Shown here piece after piece: positions 1 through 9,821 of a stretch of 42,876 nucleotides of DNA. The DNA lies in the IMG/VR virus record IMGVR_UViG_2541047698_000015; one strand, 5' to 3'. This DNA is from a virus (Duplodnaviria; Heunggongvirae; Uroviricota; Caudoviricetes). The notes under the pieces were generated by a model. The model was not told the DNA's origin and searched no databases. It saw nothing but the letters and a program-made list of their open reading frames with translations. The number at the start of each line of letters is the position of its first letter. The stretch's first letter is position 1. The translations under genes were made by a program, and so were the position numbers.

Positions 1-1941
1 CTTCACCACCCGCGGCGTGTCCCATTTAGCCTGCGCCAGATACTGGCCGTCAGCTGCGCTCACCTCCACCGTCAGGTGCTGCACTGCCGGTGGGATAACG
101 CTGTTCAGGGTGCCTGACTGCGGCTCAAAGCGGGCCCCGTTATCCACGATGGCTTCTTTTTCAGGTACGTGCTGCACCGCCGTGATGGCAAAGGTGCCGT
201 CCGTGTTTTCCCGGATGGAGACACAGCGGAACAGGCGACGACGCAGTGACGGCAGGGAGAGTCCCCACACACCGTATGTCTCCACACCATCAGGCAGGGT
301 GCTGACCTGTATCCGGTCAGGCGCGGGGTGTGCGGTGATGGCCACGCTCGCCGGCTTACCGCTGCCGTTAATCAGATTAACAGTGGCCGTGCCGGTCTCC
401 GGCAGTGTCACCTCCCGGTCCAGCGTCAGGGTACGGCTGGCGGCATCGATGGACAGGACACGTCCGCCGGTCAGGGTCCCGGCATAGTCGTTATCACAGA
501 TTTCAATGATGTCACCGGGTGTGTGACGCAGCCCCTGTGACCCGAGCGTGAAATCCACCGTCTGCGTTTCCAGCAGTTCGGTCTTTATCACCCACAGCCC
601 GGCACGGTGGGCCTGACCGCGGCTGGTACAGCCGAACGCGTCCATCTTCAGCAGGTTGCGTCCGTAGCGCAGTATGGCTTCCGGGTCTTCCACCAGTTCC
701 GTGGAGGTCTGCCAGCCGTTCTGCGGGTCGGTGTAATTCACCTCCACCGCCGTGTGCCGGTCCTTCAGGGCACTGAAGCTGTAGCGGAAACCCACGCCGT
801 TATCATCCACCACCACATCGCTGCTGGTGTACGGCCACACCACATCCGACGGGCGGTCCTGAACGAACGTCAGCGTCTGACCGTTCCATACCGGCATACA
901 GCGCATCGCAGAGCAGAAATCACTGAGAACGTCCCACGCCTTACGCTGTTGTGCCAGGTACGCATTAAAGGTCATCCGCGGCTCGGTCCCCCCGAAACCA
1001 TCCGGGACCGTCTGGTCGCAGTACTGCCCGATGGCATACAGCGCCCACTTGTCCACATCCGCCGCCCCCAGACGTTTTCCCATGCCGTAGCGCGGGTGAG
1101 TCAGCATGTCCCACAGACACCAGGCCGGGTTGTTGCTGTATGCCGGTTTCAGGCTGCCGTCCCAGATACCACTGTACGTGCGTTTTTCCGGGTCATAGTT
1201 TGACGGCACCTGGATGATGCGACCGCGGATATGGTAGTTCACCGTCATCTGCTGGCCGCCGAACTGCTCCGCATCCACCTGCAGCCCCACAATGGCCGTG
1301 TTCGGGTAGCACTGTTTCACATCGATGATTTCGGTGTATGACGACCACAGCGTCTTATTCTGCAGCTGGTCCGTGGTGCTGTCCGCCGTCTCCCTGACCA
1401 TCCGGATGTTAAAGGGCCGGGGAGGCAGATTATCCAGAATCACCGAGGCCAGGAACTGCGAGGTGGTCTTGCCGTTAATGGTGACATCCTTTTCCGTCAC
1501 CCAGCGGCCATTACGCTGTAACTGAATCAGAATCCGGACAGAGGAAGGATTACGGTCGCCCTTTGACGTGGTCTGCACCAGTGACTGCACCCCGAAGGTA
1601 ACCCGCAGGCGGTCAATGTTCGCGGACGTAATGGTGCGCGTCACCGGTTTTGCCTTCGTCACTTCCACGCCCAGTCCGGTTTCAGCTCCGGAGGACTCAA
1701 AGCCTTCCGGTGGTGTCTGCTCCTGCTCCCCGGCACGCCAGACCGCAGTCACACCGTGTATCACGGGATTACCGTCCGTGTCCGTCAGCGGGGTTTTGTT
1801 CACCAGAATACTCTGCAGTCCCTTCACCGGACCTTCTATCGGTCCCTCACCAATCGCATCAATCACACTCATCATCTGCGTGGATTTGAGATTATCCTTC
1901 GCCTCACGAGGCGTGTGTGCCTTACCGCCACCTTTTCCCAT
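1..1941 (-). CDS. J: tail tip / host-specificity protein J, N-terminal ~647 codons (3' end runs off the window)
   Basis: Reverse complement from ~1941 reads MGKGGGKAHTPREAKDNLKSTQ..., matching the lambda gpJ N-terminus; AGGGGAAGG SD upstream; track shows no stop-bounded minus ORF here, consistent with a frame open to the edge. Confidence 0.85.
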   Translation of the reverse strand, partial: MGKGGGKAHTPREAKDNLKSTQMMSVIDAIGEGPIEGPVKGLQSILVNKTPLTDTDGNPVIHGVTAVWRAGEQEQTPPEGFESSGAETGLGVEVTKAKPVTRTITSANIDRLRVTFGVQSLVQTTSKGDRNPSSVRILIQLQRNGRWVTEKDVTINGKTTSQFLASVILDNLPPRPFNIRMVRETADSTTDQLQNKTLWSSYTEIIDVKQCYPNTAIVGLQVDAEQFGGQQMTVNYHIRGRIIQVPSNYDPEKRTYSGIWDGSLKPAYSNNPAWCLWDMLTHPRYGMGKRLGAADVDKWALYAIGQYCDQTVPDGFGGTEPRMTFNAYLAQQRKAWDVLSDFCSAMRCMPVWNGQTLTFVQDRPSDVVWPYTSSDVVVDDNGVGFRYSFSALKDRHTAVEVNYTDPQNGWQTSTELVEDPEAILRYGRNLLKMDAFGCTSRGQAHRAGLWVIKTELLETQTVDFTLGSQGLRHTPGDIIEICDNDYAGTLTGGRVLSIDAASRTLTLDREVTLPETGTATVNLINGSGKPASVAITAHPAPDRIQVSTLPDGVETYGVWGLSLPSLRRRLFRCVSIRENTDGTFAITAVQHVPEKEAIVDNGARFEPQSGTLNSVIPPAVQHLTVEVSAADGQYLAQAKWDTPRVVK

Positions 1942-2044
1942 ACAGCCTTCCCCTGAATAAATTAACCGCCACTTGCCATTCCGTACAGAAGTCGGATATC
2001 CTTCGCCCGAAAAGCATGAAACACATTTCTGCCATGCTAAAGAG

Positions 2045-2080
2045 AAACCCCGGTATCAGCAGATACCGGGGTTTTCTTTC
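2045..2080. terminator. GC-rich hairpin (ccccggtatc-agca-gataccgggg) with U-rich flank on both strands; possible bidirectional intrinsic terminator in the I-J spacer
   Basis: 10-bp perfect stem seen directly; followed by ttttctttc on plus and tttctcttt on minus. Confidence 0.4.
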
Positions 2081-2144
2081 ATGCCCACCGATAATCCTGT
2101 TGGTTAAAACCGGTAATGGCATAAAAATTCTGAATATCTTCACA

Positions 2145-2176
2145 TTTTCACAAACTGACTGTGGCGCGTATAATTT
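2145..2176 (+). promoter_or_regulatory. putative sigma70 promoter (-35 TTCACA, 16-nt spacer, -10 TATAAT) inside the I-J spacer
   Basis: Perfect TATAAT hexamer with 5/6 -35 match at canonical spacing; no CDS downstream before the terminator. Confidence 0.35.
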
Positions 2177-2180
2177 CTCT

Positions 2181-2278
2181 GCGTTAATTTTTTTGTCGTG
2201 ATATAAGAATAATTCCTTACACTTAATCTTCGTAACTCTCCCGCAGTTCCTGTCCGCGATCACTGCGGGATTTTTTTA
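2181..2278 (+). ncRNA. candidate small RNA (~95 nt) bounded by the promoter above and an intrinsic terminator; no ATG-initiated ORF
   Basis: Promoter-to-terminator unit with AU-rich body and no start codon; inferred only, not a recognised family. Confidence 0.3.
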
Positions 2279-2280
2279 TT
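2240..2280 (+). terminator. rho-independent terminator (cccgcag...ctgcggg followed by a T7 run)
   Basis: 7-bp GC stem plus tttttttatt on the plus strand, immediately downstream of I. Confidence 0.5.
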
Positions 2281-2284
2281 CTTT

Positions 2285-2965
2285 TTACCCCTGCCGCCCG
2301 ATAACCACGACCTTTCCGCCCCCGCCTTCATCACGGGTGCTGATGTCCTGGGATATACGGCGGGAGCCAACCAGCATTTCCCCGTAAGGCACCGGCATCG
2401 GGTTCCCCTGGGCAATCATGTTATCCAGCGAGGAAAAGTACGTGTTCTGTCTGCCGTTATCCGTTGCGCGGTAATCCGGTGTTTTTGCCTTCGGGGCCAG
2501 CATCTGGGCCACACCGCCCAGTATCATGCTGGCCCCCAGTGAAAACAGCATCGTGGTGGCAGAAAAACCGCCGGCACTCAGGGCTGTACCCCATAACACC
2601 ATCGAGGCACCGGCCGTGAAGAAAGAGCCCACGATGGCTGCCGCCCCCAGCACAATCTGCAGTCCACCCTTTCCGGCCCCGGCCAGTCGCGGCACAATGT
2701 GGATGACCGTTCCCTCACCCAGCTGTTCGTGAAGACGGGCGTACACCGCCTCCGGTGCCGTGTCATCACCGGCAATACGTATCTGGTACCAGCCTTCGTT
2801 CATCTGACGGCGAAAGCCCGGCATCTGCATCGACAGGGCGCGAATGGCTTCCGCTGCCGTGTTCACATACAGGCTGAGGCGGCGGCCAAATCGTTGTAAA
2901 TCCCCGTAAAGGCGGATGCGTGCCAGTGGCGGTGACGCCAGACAGAATGCGTTCGTCGTTGCCAT
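2285..2965 (-). CDS. I: tail tip assembly protein I
   Basis: 226-aa ORF (MATTNAFCLASPPLARIRLYGDLQRF...) closely matching lambda gpI in sequence and position. Confidence 0.9.
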   Translation of the reverse strand: MATTNAFCLASPPLARIRLYGDLQRFGRRLSLYVNTAAEAIRALSMQMPGFRRQMNEGWYQIRIAGDDTAPEAVYARLHEQLGEGTVIHIVPRLAGAGKGGLQIVLGAAAIVGSFFTAGASMVLWGTALSAGGFSATTMLFSLGASMILGGVAQMLAPKAKTPDYRATDNGRQNTYFSSLDNMIAQGNPMPVPYGEMLVGSRRISQDISTRDEGGGGKVVVIGRQG

Positions 2966-3606
2966 TTTTCGGAATACCTCTCCCGTTTACTCAGTTGTTC
3001 AGGAATATGGTGCAGCAGCTCGCCGTCACCACAGTAAACGGCGGCATGATTCGGCACCGATGAACCAAAGCAGCACAGCAGCACATCGCCTGCCTGTGCA
3101 GAGGACGGAGACACCCGGCAAAAGCCGTTTTCCGCCAGGTTGTCCAGGTACAGGTTCTGGCCGTTGCGCCACCAGTCATCCTCGCGATGAAAATCCGGCA
3201 TTTCAGTCCCCGCCAGATGATAAGCATCCCGGAACAGCGTGTAACAGTCCGTCACCCCGTGCTCAAAGCGCCGTCCCGTCAGATGTGGCACACAGCGGAA
3301 TTTGTGAATGTCACCCCGGCAGACCAGCCACCAGGGCAGTGCGCTTTTTATCTGCAGCCGCCGGTCAGCCTCGCTCAGCCAGGGCAGCCCACCGGGATGA
3401 CTGTGGACCAGTGCCACAATCTCCCCCTGCATCTCTGCCCGCAGCCAGTCTTCCGGTGCGATACGAAAATACGCCTCCGGCTCCGCGGAAATATTCACAC
3501 AAGGGATATACCGCTCCCCCTCCGGCGTGCTTATCACGAAGCCGCACGACTCCGCAGGCGCACACCGCCGGGCATGCGCCAGAATCGCTGATTCAGTCTG
3601 TGTCAT
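2863..3606 (-). CDS. K: tail tip assembly protein K (JAB/MPN plus NlpC/P60-like motifs)
   Basis: Start moved to internal MTQTESAILAHARRC (ATG ~3606) to avoid overlap with L; contains HSHPGG and a Cys/His pair typical of K. Confidence 0.85.
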   Translation of the reverse strand: MTQTESAILAHARRCAPAESCGFVISTPEGERYIPCVNISAEPEAYFRIAPEDWLRAEMQGEIVALVHSHPGGLPWLSEADRRLQIKSALPWWLVCRGDIHKFRCVPHLTGRRFEHGVTDCYTLFRDAYHLAGTEMPDFHREDDWWRNGQNLYLDNLAENGFCRVSPSSAQAGDVLLCCFGSSVPNHAAVYCGDGELLHHIPEQLSKRERYSEKWQRRTHSVWRHRHWHASAFTGIYNDLAAASACM

Positions 3607-3616
3607 AAACCGGGAT

Positions 3617-4315
3617 TTACTGCGAAAGTTTATTAATGGAAAGGAAACCGCCAAAATTGCCGACATTCCTGCGCAGTTCACACCCGCGCATGCACTTGCT
3701 GCATCTGTCCTTACGGATATCCGTGGTGGGTTTATCGAACTCATCCGCCACAGCCCCGCCCGTGTAACCACACTCATCAGAGCGGTAGGTCCACATACAG
3801 GTGTTCGCCAGCATGATACGACCGGGAAACAGCGCCCCGTCCGTCTCGGTCGGTGTGGCCAGCACAAACGAGGCCGTCATGGCTGTCAGCTGCGACATCT
3901 GCTCCACCACCCAGCGGTCACTCAGCTCCTGCTCCGGGTCCGCCTCCGGATTGCCCGCAACGAAATTCACCGCATCCAGAAAACGGGCATACACCCGGCG
4001 GCGGACCACCGTGGCCCCCACCAGACTCTGCAGGTCTTCCGCCATCCCGGTGACCAGACCAAACAGATTGGACACCGTCAGCGATGGTCTGGCACTGCTG
4101 CCCTTCCCGTTCATCTCAAAGCCACTCCCCTCAATCGGGTACGCCTGATATTCACGCCCCTGCCAGGTCACCGGCTCCCCTTTTTCATTCAGCTCATTGC
4201 AGAAAAAATACCGCTCACCGCCCTGCACCGTCAGGTCGATTTCCCAGAGTACCACCCGCGGTGACTGCTCTGACTTAACCGACTCGTTCAGACTTTCTTC
4301 GCGAATATCCTGCAT
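3617..4315 (-). CDS. L: tail tip protein L
   Basis: 232 aa, MQDIREESLNE...GNFGGFLSINKLSQ, near-identical in pattern to lambda gpL. Confidence 0.95.
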   Translation of the reverse strand: MQDIREESLNESVKSEQSPRVVLWEIDLTVQGGERYFFCNELNEKGEPVTWQGREYQAYPIEGSGFEMNGKGSSARPSLTVSNLFGLVTGMAEDLQSLVGATVVRRRVYARFLDAVNFVAGNPEADPEQELSDRWVVEQMSQLTAMTASFVLATPTETDGALFPGRIMLANTCMWTYRSDECGYTGGAVADEFDKPTTDIRKDRCSKCMRGCELRRNVGNFGGFLSINKLSQ

Positions 4316-4644
4316 CAGTTCACCACCTGCTTAAACTCCGCGCTGAACTCAACGCGCAACATCCCGACCCGCGCAGACCACCCGGCACAGGTCACCTTTA
4401 TCTGCCGGTATGCATAGGGTGGCTTCCACAAAAATGCCTTCCAGCCACCGTGCTCTGCCAGGAACGCTTCCAGATGCCGGGCCTCCTCCCGGGTCACGGA
4501 AAGCGTCACCCTGTATGTTTTCAGGTCAGCATTCAGCCCTGCCGCCATACGCTGTGAGTACCCGTAACCAAAACGCACTTCACGCACCGATGGCTGCGAG
4601 TTCACCTCCATATCCGGCTTCACTTTCCAGCGAAAGGTTTTCAT
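4315..4644 (-). CDS. M: tail tip protein M
   Basis: 109 aa, MKTFRWKVKPDMEVNSQPSVREVRFGYGYSQR..., matches lambda gpM. Confidence 0.95.
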   Translation of the reverse strand: MKTFRWKVKPDMEVNSQPSVREVRFGYGYSQRMAAGLNADLKTYRVTLSVTREEARHLEAFLAEHGGWKAFLWKPPYAYRQIKVTCAGWSARVGMLRVEFSAEFKQVVN

Positions 4645-7214
4645 CCACCGCTCCCTGATAACATACCGCCATCACGCAACTGCAGCCGGAGTTCATCCTG
4701 TGCCCCCTTGCGGGCCATCTCATACACCGCTTTCATCAGCTGCGGCCCTGCCCGCCCGTTGGGGCCGTCGTTCTGAATCACCACGTGATTGTTCTGATTA
4801 AAATTAATGCCTTCCGCCCGCCGCATCTGCGCCGGACTTCCGGCACCGCCGACATAACCACCTTCCGCATAGCCCCGCATCAGGCGGTACAGATTGCCGA
4901 CACCAATCCGGCTGGTCGCCTCCTTCGTGAAGACAAACTCCCCGCGATGAACAATCCCCGCAGGTTCATATTTGCCGCCGGTTCCCGTAAATCCTCCGGT
5001 CGCAAAATGGAAGTTCGCCGCCGCAGCCTGAATGGCTGTACCGCCTGACGCGGATGCGCCACCACCAACAGCCCCGCCAATGGCGCTGCCGATACTTCCG
5101 ACAATCCCCACCATTGCCTGCTTCAGAAAAATCTCTGTCAGCATGGAGAGCACGGAACGGGTGAAACCACGCCAGTTCTGCTCACTGCCGGTCAGCATCG
5201 CCGCCATATTCTGTGCAATACCGTCAAAGGTCTGCGTGGCCGCGTTTTTAACCTGCGAAAAACTGTCCGTCGCACTTTCCGCCCACTCGCCCCAGCCGGA
5301 CTTCATCCCGGCCATCCAGCTTCCACGAAGCTGCTCCTCCGCAGACCAGGTGTTCTTCAGTGCCGATGTGGCCTTCGCCAGCGCAGCCGGATTATCACCG
5401 TACACCTCACGAAGGCGCTGCTCTTCCGACTCCCGCTGCGCCTGACGGTCAGTGAGGCCGCGGGCTTTTGCGCTGATTGCCGCCTGCTTCGCGCTCTGCT
5501 GCTGTTCAAACCGCGCCGCCTGCTGTGCCAGCTCATTCAGCCGCTTCTGGTGTTCTATCTTGTCGCCCAGCTCAGCCAGCTGGCGTTTGTACTCCAGCGT
5601 TTCTTTCTCATGGGCCAGCAGGGATTTTTCCTGCTCAGATAACTGCCGTTTCGTGGCGGCCTCTTTCAGGACCACATACTGATTTTCCGCTTCCCATAAA
5701 TCCCGGCGCTGCTGGCTGATTTTCTCATTCACACCGCTGTGTTTTTCCAGCGTCCTGAGCTCGGTTTCAAGCGCCAGCATGGCTGCATGCGCCCGGTCTT
5801 CCTGGCGCTCACCGGCAGACACCTTCACACCTGACGGCTTTTTCAGCGTCGATTCATAATCCTTTTTTGCCGACGCCATCAGCGTGTTGTAATCCGCCTG
5901 CAGGATTTTTCCGTCTTTCAGGGCCTTATTCAGCTCTTTCTGACGGGCGGTATATTTATCCAGCGGCGTCTGCAGGCGCTCATACGCCTTCTGCGCCTCT
6001 CCGGTATACTTCAGCTGTGACGCCTCACGCTCAGCCCGGTCCCTTGCCGCCAGTTCACCGGCTTTTTCCATATCCGACTGCAGCGTGGCCGCTGCCAGAC
6101 CCAGACGGGCATTTTCCCGGTCATCCCATGCCCCCTGAAGGTTCGCACGAAAAGAGGAGGTCTTTCCCCGGCGCTGGCTCCGGCTCTGGTACCACTGCCA
6201 TTTTTTATCCGCCTCATCAAATGCCTTCTGCGCACTGGCGAGCATATCCGCTGAGGATTCCGGACGACCGATATCCAGAATGGCATCCCACATCGATTTG
6301 AATGCCTTCCCTGTTTTATCCGCCCAGGTCTCCAGTGTTCCCATGTTTTCTTTCAGGCGACGGGTCTGCTCATCAAAGCCTTTCGTGGCGATATCGTTCG
6401 CCGCCTGCAATGCCCCGGCCTCGTCTCCGGAACGCTGCAGCTGTGCAACATACGCAATCTGCTCTGCCGTCACGTTACGGAACTGGCGCGCCATCGCCAT
6501 CAGTCCCGACGTCGGGTCAGTGGTCAGCTTCCCGAAGGCTTCAGCGACTTTATCCACCTCCACACCGGATGCAGACGCAAAACGCGCGACACTCTGGTTG
6601 ATGGCATCAAACTGTTCACCACCACGCACACCGGCATTCACCATGGCTGCCAGTGACTCACTCGCCTGGTTAAACGTCAGCCCTGCTGCCTGCCCGGCTC
6701 TTGAGAGAGTCAGCATACGATCGGCAGTCAGTCCGGACTGATTACCGGAAAGAACCAGGGTTTTATTAAACGCTGAAAGCGTGGAATCTCCCTGGTACCA
6801 GGCGTACACCAGCGCACCTGTCGCCACCGCCAGCGAGGTGACCCCGACCATCGGCAGGGTGATCGCACCGGCAAGCCCCCTGAACATGGGGATCATCCCG
6901 CCGAAGGAGTCCTTCACCTGACCGCCCTGTTGCAGCAGGATCAGCCAGGGATTCTGACCACCGGCAAGCTGCGTGGCGATATCCGTAAACTGTGCGGGCA
7001 GGGTTCGCATGGCCGCTTTATACTGCCCGACGGAAATCCCTGCTTTTTGTGCAGCCAGCGCCTGGCGGCTCAGGCCCTGTTCAACAGCACTGGCGGTTTT
7101 TCTGGCGTCGGTATCCAGACCTGAAAAATGACGCCTTACCCGGCTCATCTGCTCATCGAAACGGACAGCATCCAGACTAAGGTCAATAACAAGATCACCA
7201 ACCGGCTGGGACAT
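4641..7214 (-). CDS. H: tail tape measure protein H
   Basis: 857 aa, coiled-coil rich with Gly-rich C-terminal region, between the G-T region and M as in lambda. Confidence 0.95.
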   Translation of the reverse strand: MSQPVGDLVIDLSLDAVRFDEQMSRVRRHFSGLDTDARKTASAVEQGLSRQALAAQKAGISVGQYKAAMRTLPAQFTDIATQLAGGQNPWLILLQQGGQVKDSFGGMIPMFRGLAGAITLPMVGVTSLAVATGALVYAWYQGDSTLSAFNKTLVLSGNQSGLTADRMLTLSRAGQAAGLTFNQASESLAAMVNAGVRGGEQFDAINQSVARFASASGVEVDKVAEAFGKLTTDPTSGLMAMARQFRNVTAEQIAYVAQLQRSGDEAGALQAANDIATKGFDEQTRRLKENMGTLETWADKTGKAFKSMWDAILDIGRPESSADMLASAQKAFDEADKKWQWYQSRSQRRGKTSSFRANLQGAWDDRENARLGLAAATLQSDMEKAGELAARDRAEREASQLKYTGEAQKAYERLQTPLDKYTARQKELNKALKDGKILQADYNTLMASAKKDYESTLKKPSGVKVSAGERQEDRAHAAMLALETELRTLEKHSGVNEKISQQRRDLWEAENQYVVLKEAATKRQLSEQEKSLLAHEKETLEYKRQLAELGDKIEHQKRLNELAQQAARFEQQQSAKQAAISAKARGLTDRQAQRESEEQRLREVYGDNPAALAKATSALKNTWSAEEQLRGSWMAGMKSGWGEWAESATDSFSQVKNAATQTFDGIAQNMAAMLTGSEQNWRGFTRSVLSMLTEIFLKQAMVGIVGSIGSAIGGAVGGGASASGGTAIQAAAANFHFATGGFTGTGGKYEPAGIVHRGEFVFTKEATSRIGVGNLYRLMRGYAEGGYVGGAGSPAQMRRAEGINFNQNNHVVIQNDGPNGRAGPQLMKAVYEMARKGAQDELRLQLRDGGMLSGSGG

Positions 7215-8066
7215 ATCTCACACCTCCCGGAATCCCCGCTGAAGCCATCATTAATGCGGCATCATCCACCATGACATCCGCCACATCCGCAGACGATAAA
7301 ATATCGCGCCCTCCGTCCCCACCGAACCGGACGCCTCCGGCAAGTCCTGCCGCTTTCTGCATCAGCATTTTGTCCTCATCCGGCCTCTCCACCTGCTCTT
7401 CCTCATGCCGGGGGACAAGCAGACTGAAATCAGAGGGATGCATATCCGGATCGCAAAAAAACAGGCTGAGTACAGCGTACGTCAGCCCGGAAAAATGCAT
7501 ATCCAGCTGGGTATCCTGAAAATAATGCGTGCGGTAAAAACGGTGCCAGTCGGCATATTCGGTGGATGTCATCCCGGCAAGCATGGCGCGCCAGTCGGGT
7601 CTCCCCATCTCACGCGCCAGTCTGAGGGCAAAGTTCAGCTCGCCGTCGAAGACTTTCCCGCAGAAAAATCATCATCAGTCAGCGTGTTATTTTTCGCCAC
7701 TTCAGTAATATCAGTATCCGGACGAACAGCTTCGATCATCCCGGACAGGCACAACACCACGTCTTCCGCCCGGGCAATGGCATCTGCAGGCCAGGTGGTG
7801 AGCACTTCCTGCTCTATCTTCATCACGGCCTCATTCATTGACGGTGACTGCGTTTTCTGTGGATGGTTATGCCACAGGGACATCGCCACCAGAAACGCGC
7901 CGGTTCTGACAAGATCTTCCACACTCACCTGCAGGTTGCCGCTGGCTTCAGCCTCTTCTGCCCGCCGTTTCAGGAGGGCAAGATGCTCAATACGCTGCAG
8001 CGCAGACAGCTCAGAAAGCGTGACGGATACACCGTTATATTCAAATTGTTCTGTTTTCAGGAACAT
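7195..8066 (-). CDS. T: tail assembly chaperone G-T fusion made by programmed -1 frameshift (G frame 7635..8066, T frame continues to 7195)
   Basis: T-frame ORF (MGRPDWRAMLAGMTSTEYADWHRF...) resembles lambda gpT; it is in the -1 frame relative to G and a GGGAAAG heptamer sits in the overlap. Confidence 0.7.
7635..8066 (-). CDS. G: tail assembly chaperone G
   Basis: 143 aa, MFLKTEQFEYNGVSVTLSELSALQRIEHLAL..., matches lambda gpG. Confidence 0.9.
   Translation of the reverse strand: MFLKTEQFEYNGVSVTLSELSALQRIEHLALLKRRAEEAEASGNLQVSVEDLVRTGAFLVAMSLWHNHPQKTQSPSMNEAVMKIEQEVLTTWPADAIARAEDVVLCLSGMIEAVRPDTDITEVAKNNTLTDDDFSAGKSSTAS
7653..7659 (-). other. slippery heptanucleotide G GGA AAG (G/G-T -1 frameshift site)
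   Basis: Plus strand ctttccc = minus GGGAAAG; in the G zero frame it reads X XXY YYZ, ~20 nt before the G stop. Confidence 0.7.
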
Positions 8067-8084
8067 CGCTTATCTCTCAGCTCT

Positions 8085-8831
8085 TTAGCCACCCGGCACA
8101 TTATTAACGGTAATTTCAGCCACCGCAGCAAACTGACCATTACCGGAAATCACAGGGATGCTGACTTTTCCATCCTTAACCCCCGTCACAGTAATCGTCA
8201 TATCTTTCACGCTAATGGTGGCTTTTGATGGATCGGCGGAAATCGCCCTGAATGTCTTATCCGTTGCATTTTCCGGTTCCACAGTAACGGTCAGGGTGGT
8301 TGTTTTCCCTTTTTCAACCGTACCTGTCGGCGTTACCTTAATCGCAGTGACCGGCGTAATTTTGCTGCGTTCTTCCGCTACAGAAGGTTTACCCACGTTA
8401 GTGACTTTCACCGTGCGGGTGATCACTTCTTTCGCCGTCACGGCCTTACCGATACTGCTGACCCAGCCACGAAACACATCCACCGTGCCATTCGGAAAAC
8501 GGATTTTATAGGCCCGGACATCGCCGCTTTCAAACCAGCCTATAAGCCCTTTCTGGCCTTCCTCTCCCGGTTTCCAGGCCAGCGTAAAACTGGTATCACC
8601 TGCAGATTTCTGTCCCTGCCCGGTCGCGGTCCAGTCCGCGTCTTCATCATCCAGGTAGTTATCATCGTAGGGTTCAGCCGTCATCTCGCCCGGCGTCAGA
8701 TCCTTCACCTTAGCCAGTCGCTGCCAGCCATCGTCTGACAACGGGTTTGCGTAAGCATCAGCCTTGCCGTTGTAAACCCACAGAGTGGTACCGGCACCTT
8801 TTACCGGCTCAAGGGGATTTGGTGTTGCCAT
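8085..8831 (-). CDS. V: major tail protein V
   Basis: 248 aa, [22 protein letters not shown]... with Ig-like C-terminal region, matches lambda gpV. Confidence 0.95.
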   Translation of the reverse strand: MATPNPLEPVKGAGTTLWVYNGKADAYANPLSDDGWQRLAKVKDLTPGEMTAEPYDDNYLDDEDADWTATGQGQKSAGDTSFTLAWKPGEEGQKGLIGWFESGDVRAYKIRFPNGTVDVFRGWVSSIGKAVTAKEVITRTVKVTNVGKPSVAEERSKITPVTAIKVTPTGTVEKGKTTTLTVTVEPENATDKTFRAISADPSKATISVKDMTITVTGVKDGKVSIPVISGNGQFAAVAEITVNNVPGG

Positions 8832-8838
8832 ATCGTCC

Positions 8839-9234
8839 TCACATCTCGTATGTAATGGAATAAGTCAGATCTGCAGAACTCCATAACGCCATATCGTCAT
8901 CACGACGATACTCATAGCCCTGCGTAACCATCGTGGTAATCAGTCCTGCCAGTGCCGGGATCGCGGTCATCGCCGGGTAAATCCGGCTTTCCATCCACTG
9001 ATCAAGCTCTGAATCCGGTACCTGTGCCGGTAAAAACACCTCAATATGCAGCGTGGCCCGCCAGGTATCTGCATCCAGCTCTTCACCGGTATACTCTGCA
9101 TCCGTCAGATAAACCGCGATCGCAGGAAAATCCTCTTCGTCAAAAACAACGGGGCGACCATCAAACAGCGTCGCCCCGTGTTCATGCTGCTCGAGTGCAT
9201 CCAGCACTGCGGCACGAATGTCAGTGTGTTTCAT
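8839..9234 (-). CDS. U: tail terminator protein U
   Basis: 131 aa, [33 protein letters not shown]..., matches lambda gpU. Confidence 0.95.
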   Translation of the reverse strand: MKHTDIRAAVLDALEQHEHGATLFDGRPVVFDEEDFPAIAVYLTDAEYTGEELDADTWRATLHIEVFLPAQVPDSELDQWMESRIYPAMTAIPALAGLITTMVTQGYEYRRDDDMALWSSADLTYSITYEM

Positions 9235-9806
9235 CGTTTTATCGCAATCCTCAGTTGTTGTTTCAGCGCGTATGCCAGTTCTTTAGGCAGGCGTTCACGC
9301 CGGATACGGTCAACATTCTCATCAAATGCCTGTTTCAGTGGGGCCGCCATCGGGATTTTCACCACCTGAATGGGAAGGCGATTACGCTTTTTCCTTCCCT
9401 TGTCGTCATTGCCCTCCTCATATCTGGCCTGAGGAAGACGTTGCATAACATGCCAGCGCCCATTATTTAATCGCTGGATAAATGCCCGCTGATAACGATG
9501 CTGACCGGCTTTGAGTATGCTGTCCGGACGACGCCCCAGCATTCTGATCCCCAGCTTAATCACAGGGAGATCACCGCGGTTAACGATAATTTTTGCATTC
9601 GGATTTCTGACCGTGGCCCGTTTCAGTCTGGACCGTTCCTTAACCAGTTTCCGGCGTACCTTTGTCTCCCGGGCAACCTGTGATGAAGACTGATTAATCG
9701 CCGTTGTGGCCACGCGGTTAATCGTCATTGCTGAAGCCGCCGGAATGGCGTTTTTACGAACCCGGCTCAGATTATCAATCGCCTGATCAAGCCCTTTTAT
9801 CGCCAT
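9231..9806 (-). CDS. Z: tail completion protein Z
   Basis: 191 aa, MAIKGLDQAIDNLSRVRKNAIP..., matches lambda gpZ. Confidence 0.9.
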   Translation of the reverse strand: MAIKGLDQAIDNLSRVRKNAIPAASAMTINRVATTAINQSSSQVARETKVRRKLVKERSRLKRATVRNPNAKIIVNRGDLPVIKLGIRMLGRRPDSILKAGQHRYQRAFIQRLNNGRWHVMQRLPQARYEEGNDDKGRKKRNRLPIQVVKIPMAAPLKQAFDENVDRIRRERLPKELAYALKQQLRIAIKR

Positions 9807-9821
9807 AATTTCACCCTGCGT

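Noticed and set aside
17-1960. Plus-strand ORFs 17..487, 328..540, 607..1203, 1325..1525, 1568..1960, 1650..1889, 1756..1956
   Set aside because: All lie antisense to J, whose frame matches lambda gpJ from its N-terminus; their translations are Arg/Pro/Cys-rich and unlike proteins, typical of antisense frames in GC-rich coding DNA.
1917-2263. ORFs 1917..2201 (+) and 1922..2263 (-) across the I-J spacer
   Set aside because: They run through the promoter and hairpin elements and across the J start; no RBS, low-complexity translations; better explained as non-coding regulatory DNA.
2526-8228. Plus-strand ORFs antisense to the tail genes I, K, L, H, G, V (e.g. 2916..3608, 3527..4264, 5032..5445, 5867..6301, 6280..6741, 7405..8088)
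   Set aside because: Overlap well-supported minus-strand lambda-like tail genes; these are antisense-frame artefacts.
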